Of a stretch of DNA of 64,000 bases, positions 10,178 to 20,396 are shown in pieces. Origin of the DNA: Gammaproteobacteria bacterium (lineage in GTDB: Bacteria; Pseudomonadota; Gammaproteobacteria; UBA4575). The notes beneath the pieces were generated by a model, which searched no databases, had not been told where the DNA came from, and worked only from the letters and a program-made list of their open reading frames with translations. Numbering within the stretch: position 1 is the stretch's first letter; each line of letters opens with the position of its first letter. The DNA lies in NCBI GenBank assembly GCA_965247265.1, contig OZ252002.1:1205031-1269030 (forward strand), given 5' to 3'. Position numbers and translations under genes: made by a program.

Positions 10178-11068
10178 ATGGCTGATATATATTTCTTTTT
10201 TGAAATGCTGATATCAGGGCTGCTCAGTGGAGTTCTGTATGCACTTATTGCGCTTGGGTTTGTCCTTATTTATAAAGCATCAGGTGTTTTCAACTATGCA
10301 CAAGGTGCGATGGTAGTTTTTGCTGCGCTAAGTTATGCAGGTTTGGTAGATGCAGGTGCTTCTGCAATTGTAGCTGGGTGTTTAGCAATTGTAATGATGA
10401 TAATTGTAGCTATTCTAATCGAGTTTCTCGTACTACGACGTATGATAAACCGGTCTGAGATAAGCTTGTTTATGGTCACCATTGGTGTGGCTTATGTAAT
10501 CAATGGTACTGGGCAATGGATGTGGGGTAGCGATGTCTCATTAATTGATATCAACATGCCGAGCGGGTTGTTACAAATAGGCGAAATTCTCATTGATAAA
10601 GCAGATGTTACAACTGCAATTATTTCAAGTATTTTGGTTCTAATTTTGTCGGTATTTTTTAGTTATACCTCTATGGGTCGTGCGCTTCGTGCAGTGGCAG
10701 ATGATCATCAAGCCGCGGTTTCTGTTGGTGTTTCTATGCATAAGGTATGGATGGTTGTATGGGCAACAGCAGGAATTATTGCCTTCATTACAGGACTCAT
10801 CTGGGGTGCACGCCTCGGGGCACAACCAGCTTTAAGTATAATCACCCTAAAAGCACTACCTGTTCTCATTTTGGGCGGATTAACCTCTGTACCAGGTGCA
10901 ATCTGTGGAGGGTTAATTATTGGAGTGAGTGAGCGATTATTTGAGGTGTATGCAGGGCCACTCATTGGCGGATCTACTGACAGTTGGTTTCCTTATGTTG
11001 TCGCGATTCTTTTTTTGGCTGTACGGCCTCAGGGTCTATTTGGTGAACGCCCGATCAGGAGGATCTAG
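10178..11068 (+). CDS. Liv-type ABC transporter permease (LivH-like)
   Basis: 296 aa polytopic protein. LIYKASGVFNYAQGA N-terminal motif typical of LivH-type permeases. Confidence 0.85.
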   Translation: MADIYFFFEMLISGLLSGVLYALIALGFVLIYKASGVFNYAQGAMVVFAALSYAGLVDAGASAIVAGCLAIVMMIIVAILIEFLVLRRMINRSEISLFMVTIGVAYVINGTGQWMWGSDVSLIDINMPSGLLQIGEILIDKADVTTAIISSILVLILSVFFSYTSMGRALRAVADDHQAAVSVGVSMHKVWMVVWATAGIIAFITGLIWGARLGAQPALSIITLKALPVLILGGLTSVPGAICGGLIIGVSERLFEVYAGPLIGGSTDSWFPYVVAILFLAVRPQGLFGERPIRRI

Positions 11069-11075
11069 ATCTTAA

Positions 11076-12146
11076 ATGTTTTATAGTCAAGCAAGACAAT
11101 TACGCACATCTTTTGGTGAGGATCTAATTTTATTACCGGCTCGTGAAGATCGAATTGTAATAATAATCTTACTCGCGATTCTTTTTATATTTATTCCTTT
11201 TTTTGCAAATGAATATTGGATCGGAAGTATCTTTATCCCGGTAATGATTTTGTCGATAGCCGCTATTGGGGCAAATTTGTTAATGGGTTATGCCGGTCTA
11301 TTTTCGTTAGGTACTGGTGGGTTGATGGCGGTCGGAGCTTACACGAGTTACAAATTAGCCACTAATGTGCCTGAAATACCTGTGATTATCGATTTTTTGA
11401 TTGGTGGTTTAATGGCAGCGATAGTTGGTGTCTTATTTGGACTTACAAGTCTGCGCTTGCGAGCTTTTTATCTTGCAATTGCCACCCTTGCTGCACAATT
11501 TTTTCTCGAATGGATATTTTCGAGAGTAGCTTGGTTTTGGAACTATCACCCTTCAGGAGTCGCTTCAACTTCTAGCATCACGGTCTTTGGTTTCTCATTA
11601 GCGTCTGAAGTAAATGCATATTTATTTGTATTGATTGTTACAATTATTTTTGCCGTACTTGCAAAAAATATTGTCCGTAGCCATTTTGGCCGTCAATGGA
11701 TCGCTATTCGCGATAATGAAATTTCAGCTGAATTTATTGGAGTAAATATACCCGTGACAAAATTGGTGGTGTTTGCAGTAAGCTCTTTTTATTGCGGGGT
11801 TGCAGGTGGTCTTTGGGCGTTTTTGTATTTACAAAACGTTACTGTTTCTGCATTTACAATCGACATGTCATTTAAAATAATGTTCATAGTAATAATTGGA
11901 GGGTTGGGTAGCATATTCGGATCATTCATTGGCGCTATATTTATATTCCTATTGCCTCTGGCTTTATATGAAATGCCAGCACTTCTAAATTTTCAAATTA
12001 ACTCGCAAGTGCAGTCATACATAGAGATCATAACTTTTGGCATCCTTATCATATTTTTTCTTATTGTCGAACCATTAGGTCTAGCAAAGCTATGGTTCAC
12101 AATGCGCGATAAGCTTCGTGCATGGCCATATCCTTATAATGATTAA
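11076..12146 (+). CDS. Liv-type ABC transporter permease (LivM-like)
   Basis: 356 aa polytopic protein. NLLMGYAGLFSLG motif typical of LivM-type permeases. Confidence 0.85.
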   Translation: MFYSQARQLRTSFGEDLILLPAREDRIVIIILLAILFIFIPFFANEYWIGSIFIPVMILSIAAIGANLLMGYAGLFSLGTGGLMAVGAYTSYKLATNVPEIPVIIDFLIGGLMAAIVGVLFGLTSLRLRAFYLAIATLAAQFFLEWIFSRVAWFWNYHPSGVASTSSITVFGFSLASEVNAYLFVLIVTIIFAVLAKNIVRSHFGRQWIAIRDNEISAEFIGVNIPVTKLVVFAVSSFYCGVAGGLWAFLYLQNVTVSAFTIDMSFKIMFIVIIGGLGSIFGSFIGAIFIFLLPLALYEMPALLNFQINSQVQSYIEIITFGILIIFFLIVEPLGLAKLWFTMRDKLRAWPYPYND

Positions 12147-12170
12147 AATAACAAACCAAACTTATTATCC

Positions 12171-12989
12171 ATGATGATTAACAAATCAAGCAAGCAACCA
12201 TTATTAGAACTGCAAGATGTAAGTGCCGTTTATGGACGTTTAAGTCTTGCTTTGAAAGGCATTTCTCTGAACGTACAACATGGGTCAATTGTAGCATTAG
12301 TTGGTGCAAACGGTGCGGGCAAAACCACGACGCTTAAATCGATCTCAAATTTAATATCGATCGATGGAGGAGCTGTTACACAAGGATCAATATTCTATGA
12401 AGGCGAGAATATTTGTGGTGTAGATCCAGAAGTTCTAGTTTCTAAAGGAATTGTACAGGTGCTCGAGGGACGGCGTTGCTTTAATCATCTGACTGTAGAA
12501 GAAAATCTACTGGTGAGTTGCAAACGCAACGGTCGCAGTCGTTCTGATGTAAGAAATGAGATCGAAGAAATCTACGAATATTTCCCGATCCTCAATAAAA
12601 TACGACGTTCCTATGCAGGGTATATCTCTGGTGGCGAGCAACAAATGCTTGTCATAGGGCGTGCAATATTAGCCAAGCCAAGACTTCTTTTGTTAGACGA
12701 ACCATCGATGGGTGTAGCGCCAATTATAGTTGAAGAAATTTACGAGATATTATCTAAATTGGCGAAACAACTAGATATTAGTATCTTGCTTGCGGAACAA
12801 AATACTCGCTTAGCATTAGATTATGGTGACTATGGCTACATTATTGGTAATGGTCGGGTTGTGATAGAAGGCACATCCAATGAGTTGAAGAACAATCTAT
12901 TAATTCAGGAATTTTATATGGGTGTTCATGAGGATGGAAATATTTCAATCGAAAAGCGTTCAACTCGAGAGAATAGCTGGCTAATTTAA
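12171..12989 (+). CDS. Liv-type ABC transporter ATP-binding protein (LivF-like)
   Basis: Walker A GANGAGKTTTLK, signature SGGEQQML, Walker B LLLLDEPSMG. Confidence 0.9.
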   Translation: MMINKSSKQPLLELQDVSAVYGRLSLALKGISLNVQHGSIVALVGANGAGKTTTLKSISNLISIDGGAVTQGSIFYEGENICGVDPEVLVSKGIVQVLEGRRCFNHLTVEENLLVSCKRNGRSRSDVRNEIEEIYEYFPILNKIRRSYAGYISGGEQQMLVIGRAILAKPRLLLLDEPSMGVAPIIVEEIYEILSKLAKQLDISILLAEQNTRLALDYGDYGYIIGNGRVVIEGTSNELKNNLLIQEFYMGVHEDGNISIEKRSTRENSWLI

Positions 12990-13044
12990 ATAAGTAGCTC
13001 TAGCTATAATATTTCATAAGAATAAAAAGTTACTGCAATATAGC

Positions 13045-14242
13045 TGTGCGTGGCGAATTGGTAGTTACGCAGGAGTTGGGAGTTGATAGAGTCCACGACA
13101 AAGAGAATTCCAACCATAATTTACTAAAGTTGCGAGCGAGGAAGTTCTTTCTTGGCTAAATTTTTCAGGCACTGCTCCATTAATAGAAGCATGGACGCGG
13201 TGATTGTTGTAATAGTCGGCAAAGTCATCCAACTTATTCTGTAAATCGACTTCATTCCAAAATAACATTTGATCGAGAAACTCTCTTCTGACAGTGCCGA
13301 TCAATCGCTCTACATAAGGATGTGAGATGGGGGTAAAGGGGATCGACTTTACTTCGTCAATTTCGAGTATTCGAAGATTGGCTTTCCAGCGATGAAATTG
13401 AAAGAGAGGGTCGTGATCCGTACTTATATAGTGAGGGATATTCTTCTTAGAAATAATCTGATTGAATATTCGACAAATCGTTGGGCCATCGACGGATCCT
13501 TTATTCACCGAGAGTCCAATGATCCGTCGACTCCACACATCCGTCACTACCAACACCCAGTGGGTTTTGAGTGAAATCGATTCACAGCAGAATAAATCGA
13601 TACTCCAAAGACTGTCTTTCATATTTGCTATAAAGGATAATCATGACGGGCCACTGCTATCTCCAGGTCTTGGATGGTAATACTTCATCAGCACGCGCCG
13701 TACTACATCTTTGTTGATCTCAATACCAAACTTATTCATAATAATTAAAGCGATACGCGGACAACCAAAACTGGGATTGCGGAGCTTAATTTCCAGAATC
13801 GCTTTGATCAGATCACTGTTAGGGCCTTTGGGTCCCGACTTTCTGTTTCCATGAGAAGAAAAGAGTCGTAAGTATTTGCGTTTAACGAGTACTTTGTGAA
13901 ACGAAAGTAGGGTAGAAGGTTTTATAATGATGGCAGATCGAGTCAGTCGTTTAGGTGATAACAACATCGCAAGCCAGCCAAAGATGAATCGATCCATGGT
14001 GGTGAGGTTGGGCGCTCTTCCTCGTGCGCGTTGAATGACTAATAGTTGTTTCTTTAGTACTAAGTTTTCGGCAGCAACCGCCTTCATTCCACCTGGCTGG
14101 AGCAGGCGAACAAGTAGGCTAATTAAATGAATAACGAGTAGGAGAGTATCCTTCATGCAGACTCATCATAGAGCGAACTTAATCCATTGCAAGACTGCGA
14201 ATTCAACTAAAATTATTGCAAACTACCAATTCGCCATGTACA
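13045..14242 (-). mobile_element. insertion sequence (about 1.2 kb) with 22-bp imperfect terminal inverted repeats; DDE/rve transposase, IS family not assigned
   Basis: IR at 13045-13066 is TGTGCGTGGCGAATTGGTAGTT. The reverse complement of 14221-14242 is TGTACATGGCGAATTGGTAGTT (20/22 match). The IRs enclose the transposase reading frame. No clear target-site duplication was seen. Confidence 0.8.
13065..14156 (-). pseudogene. rve (integrase-core) transposase interrupted by one in-frame TGA
   Basis: ORFs 13641-14156 and 13065-13622 are in the same frame. The sequence reads ...GDSSGPS-TGA-LSFIANMKDSLWSIDLF. The C-terminal part carries DDE/rve motifs (VVTDVW ... ISTDHDPLF ... HPYVERLIGTVRREF). 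Confidence 0.8.
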
Positions 14243-14255
14243 GGAGAAAAATAAT

Positions 14256-15119
14256 ATGAAACAAGAAATTATGTTAGATGGTATAAAGCTTAACATCAAC
14301 ATCGAAGAATCGGGTTCAGGAGAAACAACAATTCTCTTTGTGCATGGTATTCCTACAAATGCACGGTTGTGGAGACATGTTCAAGACCATTTAAAGGACC
14401 GCTATCGAACACTTGCAATGGATATGATCGGTTATGGTCAATCCGATATGCCTTTGGATGATGTTAAACATACACTAACCAATCAAGCAGAGGCCATAAA
14501 GGGTGTGATTGATGGATTAGGACTAAAAGGAAAAGTGGTATTAGTCGGCCATGATCATGGTGGCGGTGCTTGCCAAATATTTGCTTCCAAATTCTGTGAC
14601 TACATAAGTCGCTTAGTATTAATCAATGCAGTTGCTTTTGATTATTGGCCGGTATTGGAAGTAGAAGCCTTTAATGCATTAGTAGGTGCTCCAGATGAAA
14701 CACTCCAATTGGCGATGGGCCAAGCTGCCGCAGCCTTTCCTGGTCTATTGCGAACCGGCAGTTACGATAAAATTGCCTTTACGGACCAAAACGTGAAACA
14801 AAACTATCTAGGATTTTGGGCACGAGGACCGGGATTGCACGGGTTTAAATCATTAGTAAAAGTGTGTAGCGAACCCTCAAGTGAAGAAACCCTCGGTGTA
14901 GATCACAGCAAGATTACCTGCCCCACGATGATTTGTTGGGCTTTGCATGACGCTTGGATGCCGGTGGAATCAGGTCGGCGACTCAAAGCAGCAATAAAAG
15001 GTCCGACTCGTTTTCATGTTATAGAAAGAGCAGGGCATTATGTTCCCGAAGATCGCCCCGATGTCGTTGCAGAATATATAGACGATTTCATTACTGAATG
15101 GCAGGGTGTAAATATTTAG
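14256..15119 (+). CDS. haloalkane dehalogenase-like / epoxide hydrolase-like alpha/beta hydrolase
   Basis: 287 aa. ILFVHGIPTNARLWRHV and VGHDHGGG (Asp nucleophile elbow as in the HDWG-type hydrolases). C-terminal GHYVPEDRP. Confidence 0.75.
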   Translation: MKQEIMLDGIKLNINIEESGSGETTILFVHGIPTNARLWRHVQDHLKDRYRTLAMDMIGYGQSDMPLDDVKHTLTNQAEAIKGVIDGLGLKGKVVLVGHDHGGGACQIFASKFCDYISRLVLINAVAFDYWPVLEVEAFNALVGAPDETLQLAMGQAAAAFPGLLRTGSYDKIAFTDQNVKQNYLGFWARGPGLHGFKSLVKVCSEPSSEETLGVDHSKITCPTMICWALHDAWMPVESGRRLKAAIKGPTRFHVIERAGHYVPEDRPDVVAEYIDDFITEWQGVNI

Positions 15120-15528
15120 CTCAAAACGTTTTTCTATGAAATGTAAATTTGAAAGGACAATAAGGACTTAGCTATTTAGGAACATGATTTGCACAGTATT
15201 TTCCCATTTGGCAAGTTTCTAAAAGCCTAATATGGGTTACCATGAATGTCCCGATAGGGGCTTTCCCAAAGAATAACTAAACGACGAAGTTTTTTACTCC
15301 AATTAAGGAGTGCAATCTGTTATCAGGTCATGAGTAGAGCAATAAGACTAAGTTTTATTCGATCAAAATATACGGTACTGTCAAATTAACTGATTTTATG
15401 GCGTGACTACTATAGTCACGTAGCTCTAAGCCATTGATTGTTTGTCGCGGAGAAGGCACATTTCGCCTACAAAATAATAATATTTACATTAACTTGACTG
15501 TACCAAATAGAAGTATTGTACTTAAGGG

Positions 15529-15602
15529 GGTGTTTTCGCCTAGCCATATGCTACTTATTAGCCATTGAATTGATCTGAGCTTGCTTCAGTATAGTTTAAG
15601 TA
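15529..15602 (+). promoter_or_regulatory. conserved promoter/operator module, copy 3 of 3
   Basis: GGTGT, 18 nt, TACTTATTAGCCATTGAA, 17 nt, AGTATA ... TTTAAGTA. It lies about 450 nt upstream of the 16045 ABC/amidase/NHase operon. Confidence 0.45.
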
Positions 15603-16044
15603 TATTTAGATAAATAATTTCATATATTACGGTGAGAATGCGAATAATCTCAATCAAAATGAATCAACGATTATTCATTAGGTAGGTTTTATATTGATGG
15701 GCGTGAATATATTTGTTGCACTCTGTGTGCAGATAGACGTGCTACTGACGCAATTTCTTCTTTAAGTACGATCAATACTGATGCAATTCGACATATGAAA
15801 ATAGAAGTTTCTCGCCTTGGTTAAAAAGATGAATGGATTGTTATAACAGCAGTTTAAAGTTTTGTAGTAAGAGCACTAATATGACAGTAGCTTTGATGCA
15901 AGTACCTTGTAGTCGTTGTAGTATATGGTGTTTCAAATAATAAAAAATATGTTTTAAGAAAGAGGGAGGTGGTGTGTCAGCTATAATTTTTGATGATGCT
16001 CGAGCTCGCCTGGGGAAAATTAGATTGCATACAGAGATGCGTGT

Positions 16045-16857
16045 ATGCAAACAGCTAATTTAGCGTCCAACGATGCATCCATCAGCAATGAAGCGCTTCT
16101 GGAAACTAATGATATCTCTCTATCATTCAAGGGGGTGACCGCCCTTTCCGATGTTAGCTTTAATGTTCACAAAGGCGAAATTTGTGCACTGATCGGTCCA
16201 AACGGTGCTGGCAAAAGTTCGTTACTAAATGTCATTAACGGCGTTTATCGACCACAACAGGGCGAAGTTGTTTTTGATGGCAAACATTTCCAAAAGATTA
16301 CTCCTATCGATGCGGCGCGACGTGGTATCGGGCGAACTTTTCAGCACAATGCATTATTCGAACGGCTGACTGTTTTAGACAATGTTCTTGCCGGTTTGGC
16401 GCGTCGTGGCAAAACCACGTTCTGGGAAAATGCTTTTCGTATTGGCCGAGATCGTGCTGAAAGACAGCAGTTTCTTGCATGGGCCGACAAGATCATAACT
16501 TTTCTGGGACTTGAAGAGCATGCCCACACAATTGTCTCAACACTTCCCTTTGGTATTCAAAAGCGGGTCGATCTAGCACGTGCACTGGTTGCAGAGCCCA
16601 AACTCCTGCTGCTCGATGAACCTATGGCGGGAATGAACCAAGATGAAAAGCATGAAATGAGCCGTATCGTCTCAGAGGTGAATTTACGCTTTGGAACCAC
16701 CATCGTGCTGATCGAACATGATATAGGCATTGTGATGGGATTGGCACATCGTATTGTGGTGCTGGATTATGGACGCAAGATTGCCGATGGAATACCGGAG
16801 CAAGTACGAAATAACCCAGATGTGATCAAGGCTTACCTTGGTGAAGATTACGAATAA
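16045..16857 (+). CDS. Liv-type ABC transporter ATP-binding protein (LivG-like), second system
   Basis: Walker A GPNGAGKSS, signature FGIQKRVDLARA, Walker B LLLLDEP, C-terminal KAYLG. Confidence 0.9.
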   Translation: MQTANLASNDASISNEALLETNDISLSFKGVTALSDVSFNVHKGEICALIGPNGAGKSSLLNVINGVYRPQQGEVVFDGKHFQKITPIDAARRGIGRTFQHNALFERLTVLDNVLAGLARRGKTTFWENAFRIGRDRAERQQFLAWADKIITFLGLEEHAHTIVSTLPFGIQKRVDLARALVAEPKLLLLDEPMAGMNQDEKHEMSRIVSEVNLRFGTTIVLIEHDIGIVMGLAHRIVVLDYGRKIADGIPEQVRNNPDVIKAYLGEDYE

Positions 16858-16875
16858 GAATTAATGGAGTCGTAG

Positions 16876-17751
16876 ATGTTTCTTGAAATATTGTTAGGTG
16901 GGTTGCTGGCGGGAGTGATGTATTCGTCAGTAGCGCTCGGATTTGTGCTCATTTACAAGGCGTCCGGCGTATTCAATCTTGCACAAGGCGCCATGGTACT
17001 GTTTGCAGCCTTGATGTATGTGACCCTGATCGAAGCCGGTGCCCCTTTTTGGCTCGCGCTATTGGCGGTACTAGTTGTGATGATTTTATTTGCTGTGTTG
17101 ATTGAGCGCTTGATACTGCGTCCTATGGCGAATCGCGATCCTATGGTGCTGTTTGTGGCCACATTGGGGCTAAGCTTCATCATTGAAGGTATGGCACAGC
17201 TAGCGATGGGAACTGATGTCCACATTTTAGAGCTTGGGATTGCGAACGGTACCATTCAAATTGGTGATTTATGGTTGAGTGAATTCGACCTATTTGCTAC
17301 CGCAATAGCTATCCTTTTGGTGGTTGTAATTTCAATTGTTTTCAATACCACGCGTATAGGGATTTCGCTACGTGCGGTTGCCGATGATGTTGTGGCTGCG
17401 CAATCGATTGGCATTCAGCTTCCACGAGTCTGGCGGATTGTATGGAGTGTGGCAGGATTTGTAGCCCTGGCTGCAGGTCTTCTATGGGGCGCGCGTCAAG
17501 GTGTTTCGTTTTCATTGACACTATCTGCACTTAAGGCATTACCAGTTCTTATCATAGGCGGTTTCTCTTCTATGCCTGGAGCGATCATTGCTGGATTGCT
17601 TGTCGGATCAACTGAAAGCCTAGCTGATTTCTATATTGGCCCGATCTTTCATGGCAGTGTATCGACTTGGTTTGCATACGTCTTGGCGATTTTCTTCCTA
17701 TTGATTAGGCCGGCTGGTCTTTTCGGTGAACGTGAGATCGAGCGGGTTTGA
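16876..17751 (+). CDS. Liv-type ABC transporter permease (LivH-like), second system
   Basis: 291 aa. LIYKASGVFNLAQGA motif. Paralogue of 10178-11068. Confidence 0.85.
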   Translation: MFLEILLGGLLAGVMYSSVALGFVLIYKASGVFNLAQGAMVLFAALMYVTLIEAGAPFWLALLAVLVVMILFAVLIERLILRPMANRDPMVLFVATLGLSFIIEGMAQLAMGTDVHILELGIANGTIQIGDLWLSEFDLFATAIAILLVVVISIVFNTTRIGISLRAVADDVVAAQSIGIQLPRVWRIVWSVAGFVALAAGLLWGARQGVSFSLTLSALKALPVLIIGGFSSMPGAIIAGLLVGSTESLADFYIGPIFHGSVSTWFAYVLAIFFLLIRPAGLFGEREIERV

Positions 17752-17754
17752 ACC

Positions 17755-18834
17755 ATGTCTGATAGCAAAACTTCAACTGCAGCTAACACTAGCGTGCCCC
17801 AACCGGTTTCCCGTTCCGAGGTGCTTAAGCGAAGCATTATTGGAGTATCGACTATCGCAGCTTGCATCCTTCCGTTCAGCTTCAGTGACTATTGGATTAA
17901 CTCGATTATCATTCCAATGCTAGCGATGGGCGTTGCGGGCATTGGTCTCAATTTGCTGATGGGTTACACTGGATGTATTTCACTGGGTTCTGCTGCCTTC
18001 ATGGCTATTGGTGCTTTTTCGGCCTACAATTTGTTACTGCGAGTACCGGTGTTGCCGCTACCAATAGTCATCGTCCTGGCCGGACTGATTGCGGGATTGA
18101 TTGGCGTACTATTTGGGTTGCCTAGCCTGCGCATCAAAGGGTTTTACCTGGCGGCATCAACGCTTGGGGCGCAGTTTTTTTTCGAATTTTTGTTTACTAA
18201 TTTCCCTTGGTTCTGCAACAACAATCTAACATTAACCATTACGGCTCCGCGCTTAGAGATTTTCGGTTGGGATCTTAAATCTGCCCAAGGCCGTTACATG
18301 ATGGTTATTGTTACAACGCTTAGCTTAGTGGTGCTAGCGTATAGCATCGTACGCAGTCGCATCGGCCGAGAGTGGATGGCGCTCAGTGACATGGAAACTT
18401 CTGCCAACGTCTTAGGAATCAAAGTTGCAAGTCGCAAACTTCTGGCCTTTGGCATCAGCTCTTTTTACTGTGGCATCGCCGGTGTACTGTGGGCGTTTGC
18501 TTATCTGCGAACCAGCAATGCGTATTCGTTCGATCTCGATAAGTCTTTTGAAATTTTGTTTATTGTGATCATTGGTGGTACCGCTAGCATCTTCGGTAAT
18601 TTTATCGGCGCGGCATTCATAATATTGGTCCCTGTTTTTCTCGATCTTGCGGTCACTGGTATGGGTTTAACGGAATACGTGCATATCGGAATCACTACAA
18701 ATCTGCAACGAGTATTATTCGGCGTCATGATTATCTACATCCTAATACAAGAACCAGACGGTCTTTACAGATTGATACAACGAGTCGCCACATCGCTACT
18801 TAGCTGGTTTCGACAGTTGCGGACAGTTTCATGA
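17755..18834 (+). CDS. Liv-type ABC transporter permease (LivM-like), second system
   Basis: 359 aa. NLLMGYTGCISLG motif. Paralogue of 11076-12146. Confidence 0.85.
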   Translation: MSDSKTSTAANTSVPQPVSRSEVLKRSIIGVSTIAACILPFSFSDYWINSIIIPMLAMGVAGIGLNLLMGYTGCISLGSAAFMAIGAFSAYNLLLRVPVLPLPIVIVLAGLIAGLIGVLFGLPSLRIKGFYLAASTLGAQFFFEFLFTNFPWFCNNNLTLTITAPRLEIFGWDLKSAQGRYMMVIVTTLSLVVLAYSIVRSRIGREWMALSDMETSANVLGIKVASRKLLAFGISSFYCGIAGVLWAFAYLRTSNAYSFDLDKSFEILFIVIIGGTASIFGNFIGAAFIILVPVFLDLAVTGMGLTEYVHIGITTNLQRVLFGVMIIYILIQEPDGLYRLIQRVATSLLSWFRQLRTVS

Positions 18835-19030
18835 TACTAATCCTTTACACAGTGCTGAAAATAGGGAGTCAATAATGAAAAAAGTGCAGAACAATCAGTC
18901 TTTTAGACTTTCTAATAACACACTACAAAGAAAGGAGTAGAATTTCATTACCTTGCTATAAGTAATTGTGCTTGTCGCCTTTTAGGCGCAAGTTTCTTAT
19001 AACAAACGAAAAATAATAGGAGAAAATACA

Positions 19031-20374
19031 ATGTTTTTACCTCAACTCAAGTACATGTTGCTTGCACTCACACTAAGTTTGGCAAGTTTTCAAACTGTGT
19101 TCGCGGCGGGGGCACACGAAGGAGAGCAATTCTATCCTTTGTTTACCTACCGGACGGGGGTCTACGCAAATGTAGGTACTACAACAGTTGGTGGGCAGAG
19201 AGACATGCTGACTTACCAGAATGAAACTGATGGTGGTGTAGATGGTGTCAGGCACCACATGGTGGAGTGCGAGACTTCATACGATATCGATAAGGGCATC
19301 GAATGCTTCGACCGACATATTAACGGTAATCAAGGCGCACCTACTGCTACAATTTCAAGTATGTCATCAGGTTTATTTGCCGCGACTCAACAGAGAAACC
19401 GTGAGCATAAAGTGCCTCATATGATTCCTGGCGGTGGTACCGCAACGGCTATTGATGGACGCTTCAATGAATATCAATTCTCAGTGATGTTCGACTACTG
19501 GAGACAATCACAAATAATTGTTGAATATATTGCTAGTCGCTTAGGTGGTCATGACAAACTCAAAGGTCAAGTGATCGTAACCTTGTACCACGATTCTGGA
19601 TATGGTCGTGAAACGCTTGAACCCATGAAAATTTTGTCTGAGCAGTATGGTTTCAAAGACGTGCAGATCTCGGTGCCTCATCCAGGTGTTCAACAAGATG
19701 GGCAATGGAAACAAATTCGTAGTGTAAAAGCCGATTGGGTATATTTACGCACATGGGGTGCACAGACCCCTGCATCAATCACAACTGCTAAGCGAACCGG
19801 GTTTCCAGTGGACCATATTATTGGTGACATCTGGGCAACCTCGGAAGATGATGTACGTCCCGCTGGTGATGCTGCAATAGGCTACACAGGAGTCAATATT
19901 TTCCCCCCGGGCGAATTTGAAATACATAAGAGAATCAAGAAAACCCTTTACGATGATAGTGATAAAGGTGATCTCAAAAACATGGAACGATTTGGCACGG
20001 TCTATTACAACTGGGGGTTAATCACAACATTGGTTTATTCGGAGATGCTACGCACCGGCCACAAGGAGTTTGGCAATCGGCCCATTAGCGGTGAGGAAGC
20101 CAGATGGGCTTATGAGAATTTGGACATTGATCAAAAACGCCTTGAGGAATTGGGTGTGGTAGGTTTGTTAGCGCCACTGAAGCTCTCACGTTGCAATCAC
20201 CAGGGTGAAAAAATCCTAGCCAAAGTGATTCAATGGAAAGGGGATGGATGGGATTCAACAAACTGGATCGAGATCGATACACAGATGTTCGTGCCTACTT
20301 TCACTGCAAAAGCTGAAGCTATTGCAAAGGAACAAGGTGTGCCGAAACGTGATTTGCCTGAGTGCGAAGTCTAA
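19031..20374 (+). CDS. ABC transporter substrate-binding protein (amide/branched-chain-type SBP), second system
   Basis: 447 aa with a signal peptide (LLALTLSLASFQTVFA). Clear paralogue of 5977-7320, with shared blocks ECET.Y, GYGR, PAG.AAIGY and LKL..C.H.G. Confidence 0.8.
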   Translation: MFLPQLKYMLLALTLSLASFQTVFAAGAHEGEQFYPLFTYRTGVYANVGTTTVGGQRDMLTYQNETDGGVDGVRHHMVECETSYDIDKGIECFDRHINGNQGAPTATISSMSSGLFAATQQRNREHKVPHMIPGGGTATAIDGRFNEYQFSVMFDYWRQSQIIVEYIASRLGGHDKLKGQVIVTLYHDSGYGRETLEPMKILSEQYGFKDVQISVPHPGVQQDGQWKQIRSVKADWVYLRTWGAQTPASITTAKRTGFPVDHIIGDIWATSEDDVRPAGDAAIGYTGVNIFPPGEFEIHKRIKKTLYDDSDKGDLKNMERFGTVYYNWGLITTLVYSEMLRTGHKEFGNRPISGEEARWAYENLDIDQKRLEELGVVGLLAPLKLSRCNHQGEKILAKVIQWKGDGWDSTNWIEIDTQMFVPTFTAKAEAIAKEQGVPKRDLPECEV

Positions 20375-20396
20375 ATGATAGATACGCATAACCGTC

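Noticed and set aside
13641-13643. TGA in the transposase as selenocysteine or reassigned codon
   Set aside because: Many well-supported genes in the window terminate with TGA. No SECIS-like hairpin is evident. The expected residue is Trp, so a simple TGG to TGA mutation is more parsimonious.
15841-16050. 69-aa minus-strand ORF in the leader of the second ABC operon
   Set aside because: It is low-complexity with no RBS or motifs. It overlaps the start of the LivG-like gene, so it is probably a chance ORF.
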